Positions 11,500 to 25,444 of a DNA stretch of 42,895 nt are shown piece by piece. The first letter of the stretch is position 1. Each line of letters opens with the position of its first letter. The notes beneath the pieces were generated by a model that did not search any database, was not told where the DNA came from, and was given only the letters and a program-made list of their open reading frames with translations. The stretch is from Octopus bimaculoides (taxonomy: Eukaryota), in assembly GCF_001194135.2 (NCBI RefSeq), contig NC_068982.1, forward strand, positions 96,065,988 through 96,108,882, read 5' to 3'. The translations under genes and the position numbers were made by a program.

Positions 11500-11815
11500 A
11501 ACTGGTACTCCAGTGGTTAAGATGATGAGGGTTCCAGTTGATCTGACCAACAGAACAGACTGCTCATGAAATTAACATGCAAGTGGCTGAGCACTCCACA
11601 GACATGTGTACCCTTAGATACAGGGAGATACAGCATGACACAGAATGTGACGAAGCTGGTCCTTTGAAATATGGGTACTACTCATTTTTGCTGGCTGAGT
11701 TGACTGGAGCAATGTTAAATAAAATGTCTTGTTCAAGGACACAACATGCTGCCAGGAATTGAACTCACAACCCTACAATTGTGAACCAGATACCCTAACC
11801 ACTAAGCCACATTCC
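11500..11815 (-). mobile_element. tRNA-derived SINE (family B), diverged copy
   Basis: Shares GGTTCCAGTTGATC...CTGCTCATGAAATTAAC.TGCAAGTGGC.GAGCACTCCACAGACA with 9213-9581. Confidence 0.75.
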
Positions 11816-12223
11816 TTCACTACACAACATATAGCAACAGAACACCACCTGTGGTTGCAATCATACCAAGCACAACATAGTTATAGCTAATGCTTTCACA
11901 TTCATTTATTAATATTTAAGCAACTTGCATGAATTAGCTGAAAACGAGAGCAGTTTATATTAAGTCCTGTGATACTGAGGATCTTTTACAGTATTCATAC
12001 TCAGCATTACATTTAGTGTTCATATTCCAATGAGGTCAATAGCTTTTTATGCTTGGGGTGTGGGTGATTCAATCAACTATGCCCCTCCCTGACAAACTTT
12101 GGCTTTGTGTCCAGCCAAAAAAGAAAAGAGAAAAAAAACATCAGGTATTTAAATATTTTTAACTGAGGAAATTCATTTGAACTGGTGGGATTTTGTTTGA
12201 GGAGATGAAACCTTAAAACCTTA

Positions 12224-13925
12224 CCCCTTTAAAAGCATTGTCTGGGGCATATTGTATCCCCATACCCCCAACACACACACACAACTCGACTCCCACCCAC
12301 CCAAGCTATGCAACTGGGAGGTTGATGGCATTGTTGGTGGTGGTGTAAAAATAATTATTTAGTGGTCAATGCAAAAAAACTGCCACTACATGTTTTTGAG
12401 TTCAGTCTACTGCACAGCCAGATCCCATCTCTGACCAATAGCTAAAGGTTATCTAATTGAAGTAGTTCTTCACCATTTTCAAACTTTAATTCTTGATTTA
12501 GAGTGAAATCTAATTTTTTCTTTCTTTTCATGAATACAGTACATTTTTTGTAACCTCTCGACACCTACCATAAAACCACTTCCCTTCATACTAGACCCCC
12601 ATCAATTAATTTGAGGGGTTTTGCAAATTACTTGGTGATCTCACTAGTGCCAGTGCTATTGAAAAAAGCACCCAGTACATTTTGTAAAGTGGCTGATGTT
12701 AGGAATGGCATCCAACCATAGAAACCACACCAAAGCAGACAAACCATTCAGCCCATGCCAGTATGGAAAATGGACATTAAACAATAATGATGATGTATAG
12801 ACCACAGATATGCAGGAGAAATGAATGAAATAGAGAAGCACATAACAATACACTTGAACACCAAGCTGGACATATCCATATTGTCCATGAGTAAAACTGA
12901 TGAGATCTAAGGCTATCAAAACATGTGTCAATAGATGATGGAGCAAAAACAAAAAAAATCATAAATACAGAATACTGAACTTTAAACCCATTACCTCCCA
13001 TAATTCCATTAATTGGAATTTTTTAATGAAACATCGATTTCTAGCATAAAACAGCCTTAGAAACATGCTGGAATGATCAAAATAACATTTCAAATAGAAA
13101 TAAGCGAGATATTGGGTGAAAAATTAGCAAATCTCATTTGAATATCAGAGAAATATACCTAGTTGATATAGTAAAAAGGTTAGATATAGCAAAAAGGTTA
13201 GATATGTGTAAATATTGACAGATAATTACGAAATCTGTAATTTTTAAGTGATCTCATATGAGATCACTGGTAGGTAATGGGTTAACCCTATAGCATTCAG
13301 ATTACTCTGTCAAATGTAATGCTTATCTCTTCACACAATTTTGAATTAATCAAATGACACCCATGAAATCATAGTCATGGCCATTGCTGGTGTCATATAA
13401 ATGGCACCCATGCCGGTGGAATGTAAAAAGTACCCAATAAACTTTTGGAGTGGTTGGCATTAGGAAAGGCATCCAGCAGTAGAAACCATGCCAAATTACA
13501 CTGGAACCTGGTGTAGCTCTCCAGCTTACCAGTTCCAGTCAAACCATCTAACTCATGCCAGCATGGAAAGTGGACATTAAATGATGATGATGATGATGAT
13601 GATGCATTAAATTGTAGCTCCAACATTTTGATGTGATTGTCTATTTTCAAAATGACATTGTAGGATAGGTATGAGAAGCTAGATCTGGCCAGTTTGAACA
13701 TAAAACAGGTAGAATATTTTGGCTGGATATGGCTGGTTTAAACACTAAACTGTTAAGAGGATTTACTTTTTTTTTTTACACTGACCACTAAATAATTATT
13801 TCTACACTACCACCAACAATACCATCACTCTGCCAGTAGCATTGCTTGGGTGGGGGTTGAGTATGTGTGTGTGTGGTGGTGGTGGTGGTGGGGACAAGTT
13901 GCCCCAAGCATTGCTTTTAAAGGGG
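12224..13925. repeat. ~155-bp inverted repeat pair (12224-12378 and 13770-13925)
   Basis: CCCCTTTAAAAGCATTG...TTGTTGGTGGTGGTGTAAAAATAATTATTTAGTGGTCAATG is mirrored by ACACTGACCACTAAATAATTATTTCTACACTACCACCAACAA...GCATTGCTTTTAAAGGGG. Confidence 0.8.
13385..13605 (+). mobile_element. SINE family C body with (GAT)n tail (Nin-like domain)
   Basis: GAGTGGTTGGCATTAGGAAAGGCATCCAGCAGTAGAAACC core and TGATGATGATGAT tail. Related copies at ~12650-12795 (+), ~19860-20010 (-), 21488-21710 (-) and ~4880-4950 (+). Confidence 0.7.
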
Positions 13926-14492
13926 CAACATTTTCAGGTCTGCTGTATAAGCCTGTATAAGCTTGGGGTGGGAAAACTCAAGAACTACCTTAGTGTGAAC
14001 ATGCTCTAGTTATGTCACTGCAACCTCCACTCCAAGAAAGAAAGAAGTGAACCATTCAACTGGAAAGTATTGAGAGAGAAAATGACATGTAAATGACAAA
14101 AAATATACAGTATCAAACGCTGTAATCATAGAACAAATATGTGAACTAAATCAACAAACCAAATTTTTAAACTTGTTTCAGTTCTAAATAAAAGCTAAAT
14201 TCACAGGGCAGTGGATTGACGGAATCACTGCTTCAAATTCTACCATAGCCAACTTAGCTTTCCAGCCTTTCAAGATGATAATAAAGTACCAGCCAAATAT
14301 TGAGTTAGATTTATATTCCAGTAATGCATTTTTGATGTAAGTTGAATTATAATAGTAGTAGAGGATTTTACCCACACCACTAATGAGCATATAAAAGCAT
14401 GAACATCACACAATCACATTCATCAGACTCATCTCATATATTTTAGTTAACATACTTAATAAACTAATACTAAACAACATTAGCATTTTTTT

Positions 14493-14937
14493 AGGCATGA
14501 CTGTGTGGTAAGAAGTTTGCTTCCCAACCACAAGATTTTGGGTTCAGTCCCATTGCATGGCACTTTGGGTAAGCGCCTTCTAACTATAGCTCTGGGCTGA
14601 CCAATGCTTTGTGAGTGAATTTAGAAAACAGAAATTATGTGGAAGCCCATCATGTATGTATGTATGTATGCATGTATGCATGTATGTATGCATGCATGCA
14701 CGCATGCACACACACACACACACACACATATAATTGTGTGTCTTTGTGTTTGTCTCCCATCACTGTTTGACAACCAGTGTTGGTTTGTTTATGACCCCAT
14801 AACTTAGCAATTCAACAAAGGAGACTGACAGAATAAGTACCAGACTGTAAAATAAGTACTGAGATCAATTTGTTTAACTAAACCCTTTAAGGTGGTGCCC
14901 CAGTATGGCTGTCATCCAGTGAATGAAACAAGTAAAG
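14493..14937 (+). mobile_element. full-length tRNA-derived SINE (family A), diverged
   Basis: Colinear with the reverse complement of 5641-6056, including the internal (TATG)n/(CA)n. Confidence 0.8.
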
Positions 14938-16196
14938 TTAAGTTAACCAGAGAAGTCACAATGACCATGACATTTACAGGTTCTCCAAGAATGGTAGCCT
15001 CTGTAGGTAAATGTCGGCAAAAAAAAAAAAAGGGAACCAACAGTATAGTCTAAATACTTGAAACATTGAACTCCACTAAAGGCATCCAAAGACTAATGAT
15101 GGCAAAAAGTTGTGCAATATGTTAGGTATTCCCCTACCCAAACAACCATGAATTATGACACTAGCCCTAAGTAGGTTGTCGAATAGGAAAAGGAATTAAA
15201 AACACATATATTGGAATGAAGCAGAGATTCATCAAATAAAAAGGAATAATTTAGATGAGAGATCAAAAGTTTACTTATAGATGTCTTGCAAACAACTCGC
15301 ACATGCAAGTGCTACCAGTCAAGAACTCTGCATACCGGAAGCCAGCAAGTGTATGGGGTCATCAGGAGAGAATGCGCGCCATTTCGGGGCCTACCTCTCG
15401 ACGGCATCAATACGCACCGGCCCCCCTCACTGATATGAGGCCCCACTTGCTAGATCAACTGGTTATTAAAAACAAAGCTCAATATTTCTCTAGCCATCAC
15501 TCATCGTCTCTTTTTAACCAAATCCAGTGGCTAGCCTTCTCCACTGTATTTTGGATACTAAACTACTGAGCCAAAAGGTCAAAAGTTGAAATTGTGTGCT
15601 TAGCTAAAAATAATAACAGCTTAGTGGTTAGTATACAAAATTATTTCTAAATGTATCCATGAATCAGAAGACTGTGAAGCTTATGATTAGCTTTGTCAGT
15701 TTATCACAAGTTAAATTTACAAAGAAAATGAGGCACATAAAATTCAATAATGTGCTCATAGACATACAAAGACACCTGGAGTAAATATTAATACACAAAA
15801 CATAATCTGATTGGATAATATATTATCTACTTAATTTTTTATCTTTACCTTAAGATGTGTATCCAACTGTGTGACCACTTGCTACAGAGGGAGCTTCTGT
15901 GAAGTTACTTGACCTGATTTATTTAATGTAGCAGTCAAAATTTTCTCAACAAAACCGATAATGTTTTAAAACTGGAACCACTTATTCAAATCTTATAGCC
16001 ACCACTTCTACACTCTAACTTTTGAATAACTACGGCTAAAAATATCAAGTGACTGTTTTATTTCATTAACTATCTCTCTGCTGAAGGTTTTGCTTGACAG
16101 AGTTAACTGAGGATACTCAACAAATTTTTTGCTATAATTAATGCCAACCTAGCTACAATCTGTGTAAGTAAGAAAAAGGAAAATCTTGAATATATA

Positions 16197-16583
16197 NNNN
16201 NNNNNNNNNNNNNNNNNNNNNNNNNNNNNNNNNNNNNNNNNNNNNNNNNNNNNNNNNNNNNNNNNNNNNNNNNNNNNNNNNNNNNNNNNNNNNNNNNNNN
16301 NNNNNNNNNNNNNNNNNNNNNNNNNNNNNNNNNNNNNNNNNNNNNNNNNNNNNNNNNNNNNNNNNNNNNNNNNNNNNNNNNNNNNNNNNNNNNNNNNNNN
16401 NNNNNNNNNNNNNNNNNNNNNNNNNNNNNNNNNNNNNNNNNNNNNNNNNNNNNNNNNNNNNNNNNNNNNNNNNNNNNNNNNNNNNNNNNNNNNNNNNNNN
16501 NNNNNNNNNNNNNNNNNNNNNNNNNNNNNNNNNNNNNNNNNNNNNNNNNNNNNNNNNNNNNNNNNNNNNNNNNNNNNNNNNNN
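16197..16583. other. assembly gap (N run)
   Basis: N run. Confidence 1.
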
Positions 16584-19205
16584 AGGGAGTAAGAGAAAAA
16601 TGAGAGGGGGGGAGCAGGAGGGAGCAAGAGAAAATGAAACAAAGAAAATATGAGGGAATAATAAAACAGAGGGAGAATGTCAGAAGTGAATAGTTTTGAA
16701 TAAACACAGCACAAAAGCACACACTAACAAAGCATCAGTGGTTTAAAAATAGAGGGGTGGGGATAAAGATTGCATCAAAGGTTTACAAATTGGTAAGGAA
16801 TGTTTAGGAGAATTCTTTTTTTTTTCTTAGGTAACATTCTAATAACAACAGGCTGTTAATCTACTGAAAACTCTGAAGGGTTTAGAAAACAGACACTGAG
16901 AGGTGGTTCAAATAGATAGATATAGTAGAAAGCCTGGTTGGATATCACAAAGAATATGTCTATTATGAAAGTGTGGTAGCTGAGTGGTTAAAGAGCTGAT
17001 GTGCAGCATCTTCGTTATTGTTTACTGCCAAACAAGTGTCACTCCTGCACCATCATTCTTGAAACTGTCTATTTTTTTTTACTATTTGACATCACCAGAA
17101 CTTTGTTCTGTTTTGCTCCCCAACCACTTCTACCCTCCTGCCAGAAAGCAGCAAATATGTGGAAGAATTTCAAAGCAACCTGGAAGTTTCAATCTTGTCC
17201 TACAATCTGCTGAATGAAGCAGTAAAATCTTCCTCCACAAATTCTTTTTTAACTTTAAGATTAGGTGGAAATGACTAGAACACTGAGCAAATGCCAACAT
17301 TCAATCTTATCTAACAAACTGGACAATTTATATTTCTTCATCAACAGTGCTGGACTTGTGGCTTGTTAGAGAGCTGTTTACCAATTTTATAAAATTTGTC
17401 CAAGTTGAGCTGATCAGTGTCATTCTATGAGGAAAGTTATCTGATTGAGAGGATAGAACTTCTGTGGAAATACTCTTTCAAAATTCTCAAACTTTTAAAA
17501 GTTGTGTATGAGGGAACAGATATTACTTCCTCCCAATTAAAGAGGAGTCCCATTATAAACTATGCGTAATATACTTTTTCCTGTTAGTTCATATTGTCCT
17601 CAGTACAGTGGCAGTGTGTTGCATGCTAAATGCATATACATTTTAAATGTTTCAATCAACACAACTAGAGTGAAAAATATATGGTAACAGCTTTGTTTTA
17701 AGAATCTCATAAGATATATATATAACAGCATGTGGATTCAATGAAAAGCCCTGTGTGAAAAGCTAGGCATAACTTCTCAAAACACATCAAATATTTTTGT
17801 TTCTAAATTTAATGCATCACTGCCTATGCTGCAAACCAAAGATAGTTTTTTTTAACAGTCTCTATTGCCTTCATCTGTTATTAATGATGATGGATGAAAA
17901 TCTTAGTTGTCCACCCTACTAGGACAGCACTGTCTGTGGTCGAACAGTCCAATGCATGAATGACAACAGTCTTTGCTGCACAAGCCACACTTGTGGGCTG
18001 TCCTGGTGCTGCTTGAGTTGTCCAGTTCTATCTTTCAGGTTTGGACAGTATGGCATGAAGAACAGGCTGTTGCCCCTGCCCCCATGTTGCTGATGGATCC
18101 AATGAAACAGTAGTAAAGATCAGAATATTATTAATTGTCTTTAACGAACTGAAACCAACTCTTGCATAAAATAATTTTGCTTATGGTGAAACTGTTAGAA
18201 GATAACAAAAGGCATTAACTCTTTTGATACCAACCTCCCTAACACCACCCCTGGTCATGATACAAACATGCTGTTTTAAAGTAACTTAAATTAAATCTTT
18301 CCATCAAAACTTCATGTTAATTTGTTACAAACCTCAGATTAATTATGACAAAATTATTTTACCAAGCTCTTCATTATTTTCAAAATTAACTGAAACAAAA
18401 GTAGTGCATTTCAATAGAAATTTGGTAACAAAAGGATTAAGAATTATACTTAGCAGGTTTTCTTTTATCCTAACCCAACGTAAATTGGAGGATATGTATA
18501 AGATATTTTTTTCACTACCAGACAAAGATGAATGGGATGAAACGTTATATTCTTCACTCCTAATGTCACTGAACTTATAGAACTATGAACTTTTTTTAAG
18601 GAATAACTGTTGCTGATTTCTATGGATCTAGATTCTTCACAATGTGTGAAGTTGGCTGCAGCGGAAAAGCCAAACATGTGCAATCAACAAGTAAAATACT
18701 CAGAAAGTAGTATTACATAAATGTACCAAAGTACTATTTCTGTTTCCTGGATTCCAGTAATCAAACAGAATCCATCAACAGTTTAAATCTATATCCAAAG
18801 ATCTTTAGGTTTATCCGAAACAGGAAACAATAGAAAAATAAAATTAAACATTGCAATCAGTCTAGGTGCAGGCTTGGCTGTGTGGTTAAGCATTCTGTTT
18901 CACAACCACATGGTTCCAGATTCAATCCCACTGTGCAACATCTTTGGCAAGTGTTTAATACTGTAGGCTAATGCTTTCGAGGGTGAAATTAAAAACATTC
19001 CATGTAGAAGCCTGTTATGTGTGTGTGTATATATGGACATATCTGTGTGTATGTATGCATATATATATACACACATCATCATTGTGGTTTAATGTCTGTT
19101 TTCCAGGTTTGCATAGTTTGATGGTTTGACTGGAGCCTTCAAGTCAGAGGAGCTCCAATGCCTGAATGTCTGATTTGGTATGATTTTTATGGCTGGATAC
19201 CCTAC

Positions 19206-19236
<31 letters not shown>

Positions 19237-20149
19237 GAAACTGTGCAAGTACACGTGGAGGGGTGTTAGCAAAACACCAGTATAAAAACTGTAAGCCCCT
19301 TTATTTTCAAAATTAACTTAGTCGTTCAATAAACAGCAATTAACAAAATAAGTACCAAACTGAAATAAATAGTGGAACCAATGCAATCAGCCAAAACCTA
19401 TGAAAGTAGAGCCCCAGCAGTCCAATGATTGAAACAAGCCTGAGTTTTATTTAATCTCAACCATTGTTGTGTTCAAAGAGAGAAAATGGAAATAATATTT
19501 GTTAGTATTGTGAAACACTGAACAAGATAAACAAATATGGAGAAACAAAAGTTGCTAAGTAGAAGAAAAAAATGAGATGAATGAAAAGTAACAAGTTTGC
19601 AACTAAATGTTGCTAGTGTTTTGATGTGAACACTTCTCAAACATTAATCAAATCCTATATACTAAGCAAAAAGTTCTGATGTTTTCATCTCTGTCCACTA
19701 CACTACATGGGTTTTGATATACTCTGGTCAGCTGGTGACCCCTTGACCTTGCATAAATTTCTATTGGTTAATGTGATCCACACTTACACACACACACACA
19801 CAGATGCGCGCGCACACAGACACACACAGATAATGTGTTGGAGCAGTTGTCTATTGAACTCATCATCGTCATCATAATCATCGTTTAATGGCAGCTTTCC
19901 ATGCTGGCATGGGTTGGACGGTTTGACTGGGGGCTGACAAGCCAGAAGGCTGTACCAGGCTCCAATCCGATCTGGCAAAGCTTCTACAGCTGGATGCCCT
20001 TCCTAACACCAAAATATAGCAAATATCTCCTGCAGACCAATGGTGGGATAAAATGCAATGTTGAAGCTGCCTAGCAGGATTTGAACTCAGTCATTAATCA
20101 ATGAAATTAATTACTACTCAGCATGTAACTACCTGTGCCACTCGTACAG

Positions 20150-20355
20150 GCCTAATAATTATCCTTTCTACTATAGGCACAAGGCCTACAATTTTTGTTG
20201 GGAGGAGGGGGTTAGATAATTACGTCGACCCCAGTGCTCAACTGGTACTTGTTTTATCAACTCCAAAAAGAATCAGAGGCAAAGTGGGCCTCAGCAGCAT
20301 TTGAACTCAGAACGTGAATCTGGAAGAAATGCTGATAAGCATTTTGTCCAGCTCA
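20150..20355 (-). mobile_element. tRNA-derived SINE (family D)
   Basis: Reverse complement of the family seen at 28098-28491 and 40915-41125 (TTCTGAGTTCAAAT...TTTGCCT...ATAAAA.AAGTACCAGTTGAG). Another copy at ~21870-22050. Confidence 0.7.
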
Positions 20356-21487
20356 TTGCTTTCGCAGACCTGAAAACAATCTCATAGTAAATTATATTAA
20401 GGTAATAGTAAAAATACTGGTTTTAAATTTTGGCTCAAGACCAGTAATTTTAGAGTTGAATGATTATATATTTTAATGATTTAAGTTTGCATGTTTTATA
20501 TTGGAGAGGATTGCCAAAGTTCATTGATTAACTAACATCATGTTCATGCAACATCTTACAAGAAGCAAATCAATTCTATAGATGTTTCCCTTGACACAGC
20601 ATGGCAGACAAGTTTGCTAGCAACAAATTATGTGAAAAATATCATCCCTCTTGACTTGAGAGGTTTTTTTTTCTTTCTCAGAAGTGATTATTGAGGGCAG
20701 TGGATTAGCAGAATTGATACAATGGCAAAGAAATTGCCTTATTTTATTTAGTTATATCCTCTTATATTCCAAGTTGAAATCCTGCCAAAGACAACTTTGC
20801 CTTTTGTCTTTTTTAGTGTTAACAAGAAAAGTACCAGTCAAGTACCACTGAAGTCACATTTTAATTGATTGTTCCCTCCCTTCAAAAATGAGTAACCTAG
20901 TGCTTATGTTGGAAATTATAATTAGCAGACACCTACAGATGATTGTGACTGTTTTAATTGCCATTATGAACTACTTCCTTTTATTTATATAGCAAACATA
21001 AAACCGTCTGCAGCACATCATTACAAACTGTACAAGACCACAATGAAATAAACATATTTAAAATGAATGTTGATGTGGACATGTGAGGAGCATAGTTTAT
21101 TATTGTAGCAAACTCCAACCATTGCAGTCTCTTCTACTACACATAAAATCAACTCTAAAACACAAATATATCTTCAACACTACCCCAACACTATCCTTCT
21201 CCCTCAGTCCAGTCAAACACAAAACACACACATCTACACACAGACTAGCAGAAGCATCAATAATCTCATCAGCAACAAACACTGTACTGGGTAGCAGAGC
21301 CATCAATAAGCACAAAGGAACAATTGCTGCACTCTCACTGACTCCACTTCCACTGCAGTGATCACCAGAACCTACTGATATAGTAGAAGTCAACAAGATA
21401 ACCTCATGAGGCAATGAAGAGCCATTACACAGATGCTTAATCAGCTGGGATTAACAGCCAAATTACCTTAAAATTACACTTTACCTT

Positions 21488-21710
21488 CATCATCATCGTT
21501 TAACGTCCGCTTTCCATGCTAGCATAGGTTGGACGATTTGACTGAGGACTGGTGAAACCGGATGGCAACACCAGGCTCCAATCTAATTTGGCAGAGTTTC
21601 TACAGCTGGATGCCCTTCCTAACGCCAACCACTCAGAGAGTGTAGTGGGTGCTTTTCCGTGTCACCCGCACGAAAACGGCCACGCTCGAAATGGTGTCTT
21701 TTATGTGCCC
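21488..21710 (-). mobile_element. SINE family C, well-preserved copy
   Basis: The (CAT)n tail is followed by GTTTAACGTCCGCTTTCCATGCTAGC...TTTCTACAGCTGGATGCCCTTCCTAACGCCAACCACTC. It is CpG-rich relative to its flanks. Confidence 0.75.
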
Positions 21711-23439
21711 TTCTTAAGAAAAAAATAAAAACTAGATCACACACACACACATGCCTAACAAAATCAAAGAAATGGATTACTTTTAACCTTTGGTGTGATC
21801 AATCATGACTGCCTGGAGAAAACAAAAAGCTGGTATACAAATTTTAAAAATTTTGAATATACTGATTTCAAATTTTGGCAAAAGCCAGCAATTTTGGGGG
21901 AAGGGGTTAAGTCAATAAGATCGATCCCTGTGCTCAACTAGTACTTGATTTATTGACCCCAAAAGGCAAAATCGACATCAGTAGAATTTGAACTCAGAAT
22001 GTTAATGACAGATGAAATGCTGCTAAGCATTTTGCCCCGCATGCTAACGATTCTGTCAGCTTGCCATCTTAAATATTGAATATATTGAAAAAAATATCTG
22101 CTGAGATGGAATATAAATATATTTAAAAAATAAAGAATTTACAAGTGAGGTAAATAAATCTATAATTGTTGGGTAATACTTAACAGCTGTGCTTGAATGA
22201 ATCAGTTGTAATGGGTAAAGCAAACAGTGAATTGGCATTTCTTGAGAAAATCATTCTATCTTCTAATGAGTAAACATCATCCTAAAGTCTAAACCATGCA
22301 GTATTAAACTAAATGTCAAAAGTGAGTTTTTAACACTTATGTCACCATATTTCAACTGAAATACACTGCTTTGGTTTCAATTAATTTTGAAAATAATAAA
22401 GAATTTAGTAACTCAGTCATTATCAAGCTAGGATTTGAAACATAAATTACCACAAAATTTTGATGGAAGGTTTTCAAATCACTTTAAAACAGGATGTTCG
22501 TATCATGAAACTAGGGATGGTTTTGGGTTGATTGTAACCAAGTAGGACCAAAAGGGATAAGAAAGTTATCAGGTATATTATGCAACTACATAGAAACTTC
22601 CAACACATAATTTCATTCTTCTTCTTTATACATTTATGGCCTTGTATCTATTCCAAATCTGAACTACTTCCACTAAAGCATTTATGGAAAATCTCTCATT
22701 TAATCTCTTCTAAATTTATCAGGCTTCATATATGATTAAAAGAACATTATAAGTGAAATTTAATTTCAATTCCTTGCAAATCATGTAAATCACAACTTCC
22801 CATTTCTCAGAACCTTACAGTTCCTCATGTTTTGATTCTGGTTGGTAATCTCTTTGATACATTTATACCACTTGGAAATGAATGAATGTCACTATTTCCT
22901 ATTTTCCTTCTTCTATAAAGCTAAGAGATTGTGTCAACTTTTTAAATAAAGTGTGACTATAATTATAAATAATACTGAGAATAATATTTCAGCAACAGTC
23001 AACTCTGTTCAAGCAGACCTATTTTCAAACCTATTCCAACCATGACCTTCCCATTTTCTGTATCAGGAACTACTATCATCCAATATCATCTTTATTTAAG
23101 ATGGTAGGTCTGATTTGAGGGGAAATTAGACTGTTATTTCAGGCAAGTCAAGTGACTACATAGAGACTCACTTGTTAGTTCAATTTCAGCAAACAGTTAA
23201 AAACTGTAAGAAGCCTCTATTTGATCACTTGACTGTTAGAAATAACAGCCAGATCCCCATTAGATCACATCATGCTGTCTCTAAAACAGGAAAAGACACA
23301 TTAGATAATGTAGTCCTAGGTACACTGTAGCTGAATAAAAAGACAAGGTAGTCATGGCTAGGATACTTTTGATCGTTGGTTTATTTGATCGGGGATTGTC
23401 TTGGGCCAAGCATTAACAAAGCAACTGTGAAGATTGTGG

Positions 23440-23880
23440 TGCAAAGAAATTTCATTTCAAAACAAATTTAAAGCAAGTAAATATTGCCATAACTTCAACT
23501 ACATCCAGAAAAGGATCAGCCAACTGACTGGCATAAAATTATTCACAAACATGTTCCAGCCTCTGGTCCTCAGATGTGCTTTCTTCTCTGCCTTTTCTAT
23601 TACTACAATAATGGCTTCTACTGCTTAGATCTGGTTGAGCACATATCACCTCCATTCAGTCATTTCTGTCTCAGACATCTTCTCATCACCCTTTTTGTGT
23701 CCAGCCCTCTGGCCCTGAACTAATCCCAACACCCAGTTCTTCCTCCTCAGGTCAGCCTTCTGGGATTCCCTCCTTCTCCCTATTTTTCCTGCAGATGTTG
23801 ACTTACATAGATTCATGAAGAATGTTAATGGCATTAATTTCACTGTTGTAGGAAGGCTTGCAAAGTTCCTCCAGATCTAG
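23440..23880 (-). mobile_element. possible decayed LINE fragment
   Basis: Purine-rich minus strand with coding-like fragments (QRLEHVCE, QLADPFLDVVE) broken by stops. Family assignment uncertain. Confidence 0.25.
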
Positions 23881-25444
23881 TAAGTCAAAACGTTTTTTTT
23901 TTTGTGTGTGTGTGAGAGAGAGAGAGAGGGGGAGAGGGAGAGAGAGAAAATAATAATGTATTTGCAAGATATTAATTCCAAGTTGTACAGTCTCATTATC
24001 AAAGACCGATATTTTGAATTCATTTGTACCACATCCTGGGCAAAAATAATGCCTGTTAGTGTTCTTCTTCCTTTAATTGCAATTAAGCTTGTGCTTGTTA
24101 GGATAAAAATAGTATTTTGTTCTTTTAAACCTCAATGGAGGTTTATAAGTCTTAAAAATTCATTCTGAAACTGCTGCTTACAAGCATAGTGTAGTGAATA
24201 AAGGCACTGAAATGTGGTGCAGTCACCTAGAGGTTATGAATTCAACTCCAAGTAAGGAACTAAGGTGAATCACAAAACACCTGAGGAGGGAGAAGCATAC
24301 ACAGTTGAAATGTAGTAAAAGCAGCAATCAAGATGAGAGGACACTGCCCTGACTACATGGAGTTTGTTTTGGACGATGGGGTAGTTATAAAAAAAATACC
24401 ACACTGAGTGTGCAGTCATGTCTTAAAATAGGAAGCTGCATGGCATATTAGGGAGAGTAAGATTTGTGGATCACATGCCAGTGTGCAACCAACAATGTGC
24501 CATAGGGCAGACTGAGATTACACAAGCCACAAAGAAGCAAATACACACCACTTGAGATGTTAGAACTAGTAGCTAAATCTCCCTCAAATTACATTTTAAT
24601 CATAATGCAATCCTATATGCATAAAGATTGGGTGGTTTACAGCTGATCTGGTACTAAATACTAACAGAGGTACACAACTAAACCATAACACTCTATTTTA
24701 TAGAGAAACCAGTAATTAAATGACACTTTCTAAACTTTCTTGGTAGTTTTGCAACTTAGCTGATATGAGATGCCTTTTATTTCACATTGAGTCTATGCAC
24801 ATGATAGGTATATGTCAATGGTTTGCCTTTTGTTTTCATACTTCACTAAGTAATTGTTTATTTTATTCCCTATTCTATCATTAATGTATACAAGTGTACA
24901 GTAAACTATGGATGTGAATTAAACATACTGTTTCTATCAGGGGAATAGTTTTAGCATTCCACTGGGAAGCCACTGTTGGACCATGACATATAGTTATGAT
25001 AGATATCTGAAGATTTGAATTTATTCTGATATGGAATTATCAACTCTATTCTCTATTACTCATTGCTTTGAGGCAGTTGGCTAAATAAATTATTATTGTG
25101 GACATATTTAATTAATGTAATTACAACAAATTGATAACAGAAATTTGCAACTCTAATAATTAATACAAACAATGGAGTTACAATATTGAAAAAGCAGATG
25201 GTTGCATGCATGCCTACAACAAGCATTTTAAGTCCATTTTCCCAACTAAAATACAAGTCCTGTAGGCCCTATGACAGTCTATTCCATTTTGACTCATCCA
25301 CCACACCATTTTTATTCTTTCTAGCCCTTTCTTGTCACCAATTCTGTTATAAGCAGTATAAATTTTTCCTTCAGTTTCAATAACACTGTCCCCCTCAGCA
25401 TGCCACTCAGTTCCTGAAACTTCCACGTATTTGCTACTTCTATC

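Noticed and set aside
15848-15912. 65-nt minus-strand exon-like segment ending AAG|gtaaag
   Set aside because: Weak acceptor and stops in all frames. It cannot be supported as a UTR exon without transcripts.
18505-18715. Plus-strand exon-like pieces (DKDEWDETLYSSLLMSLNL*; GITVADFYGSRFFTMCEVG)
   Set aside because: Short, with no family match and no consistent multi-exon model.
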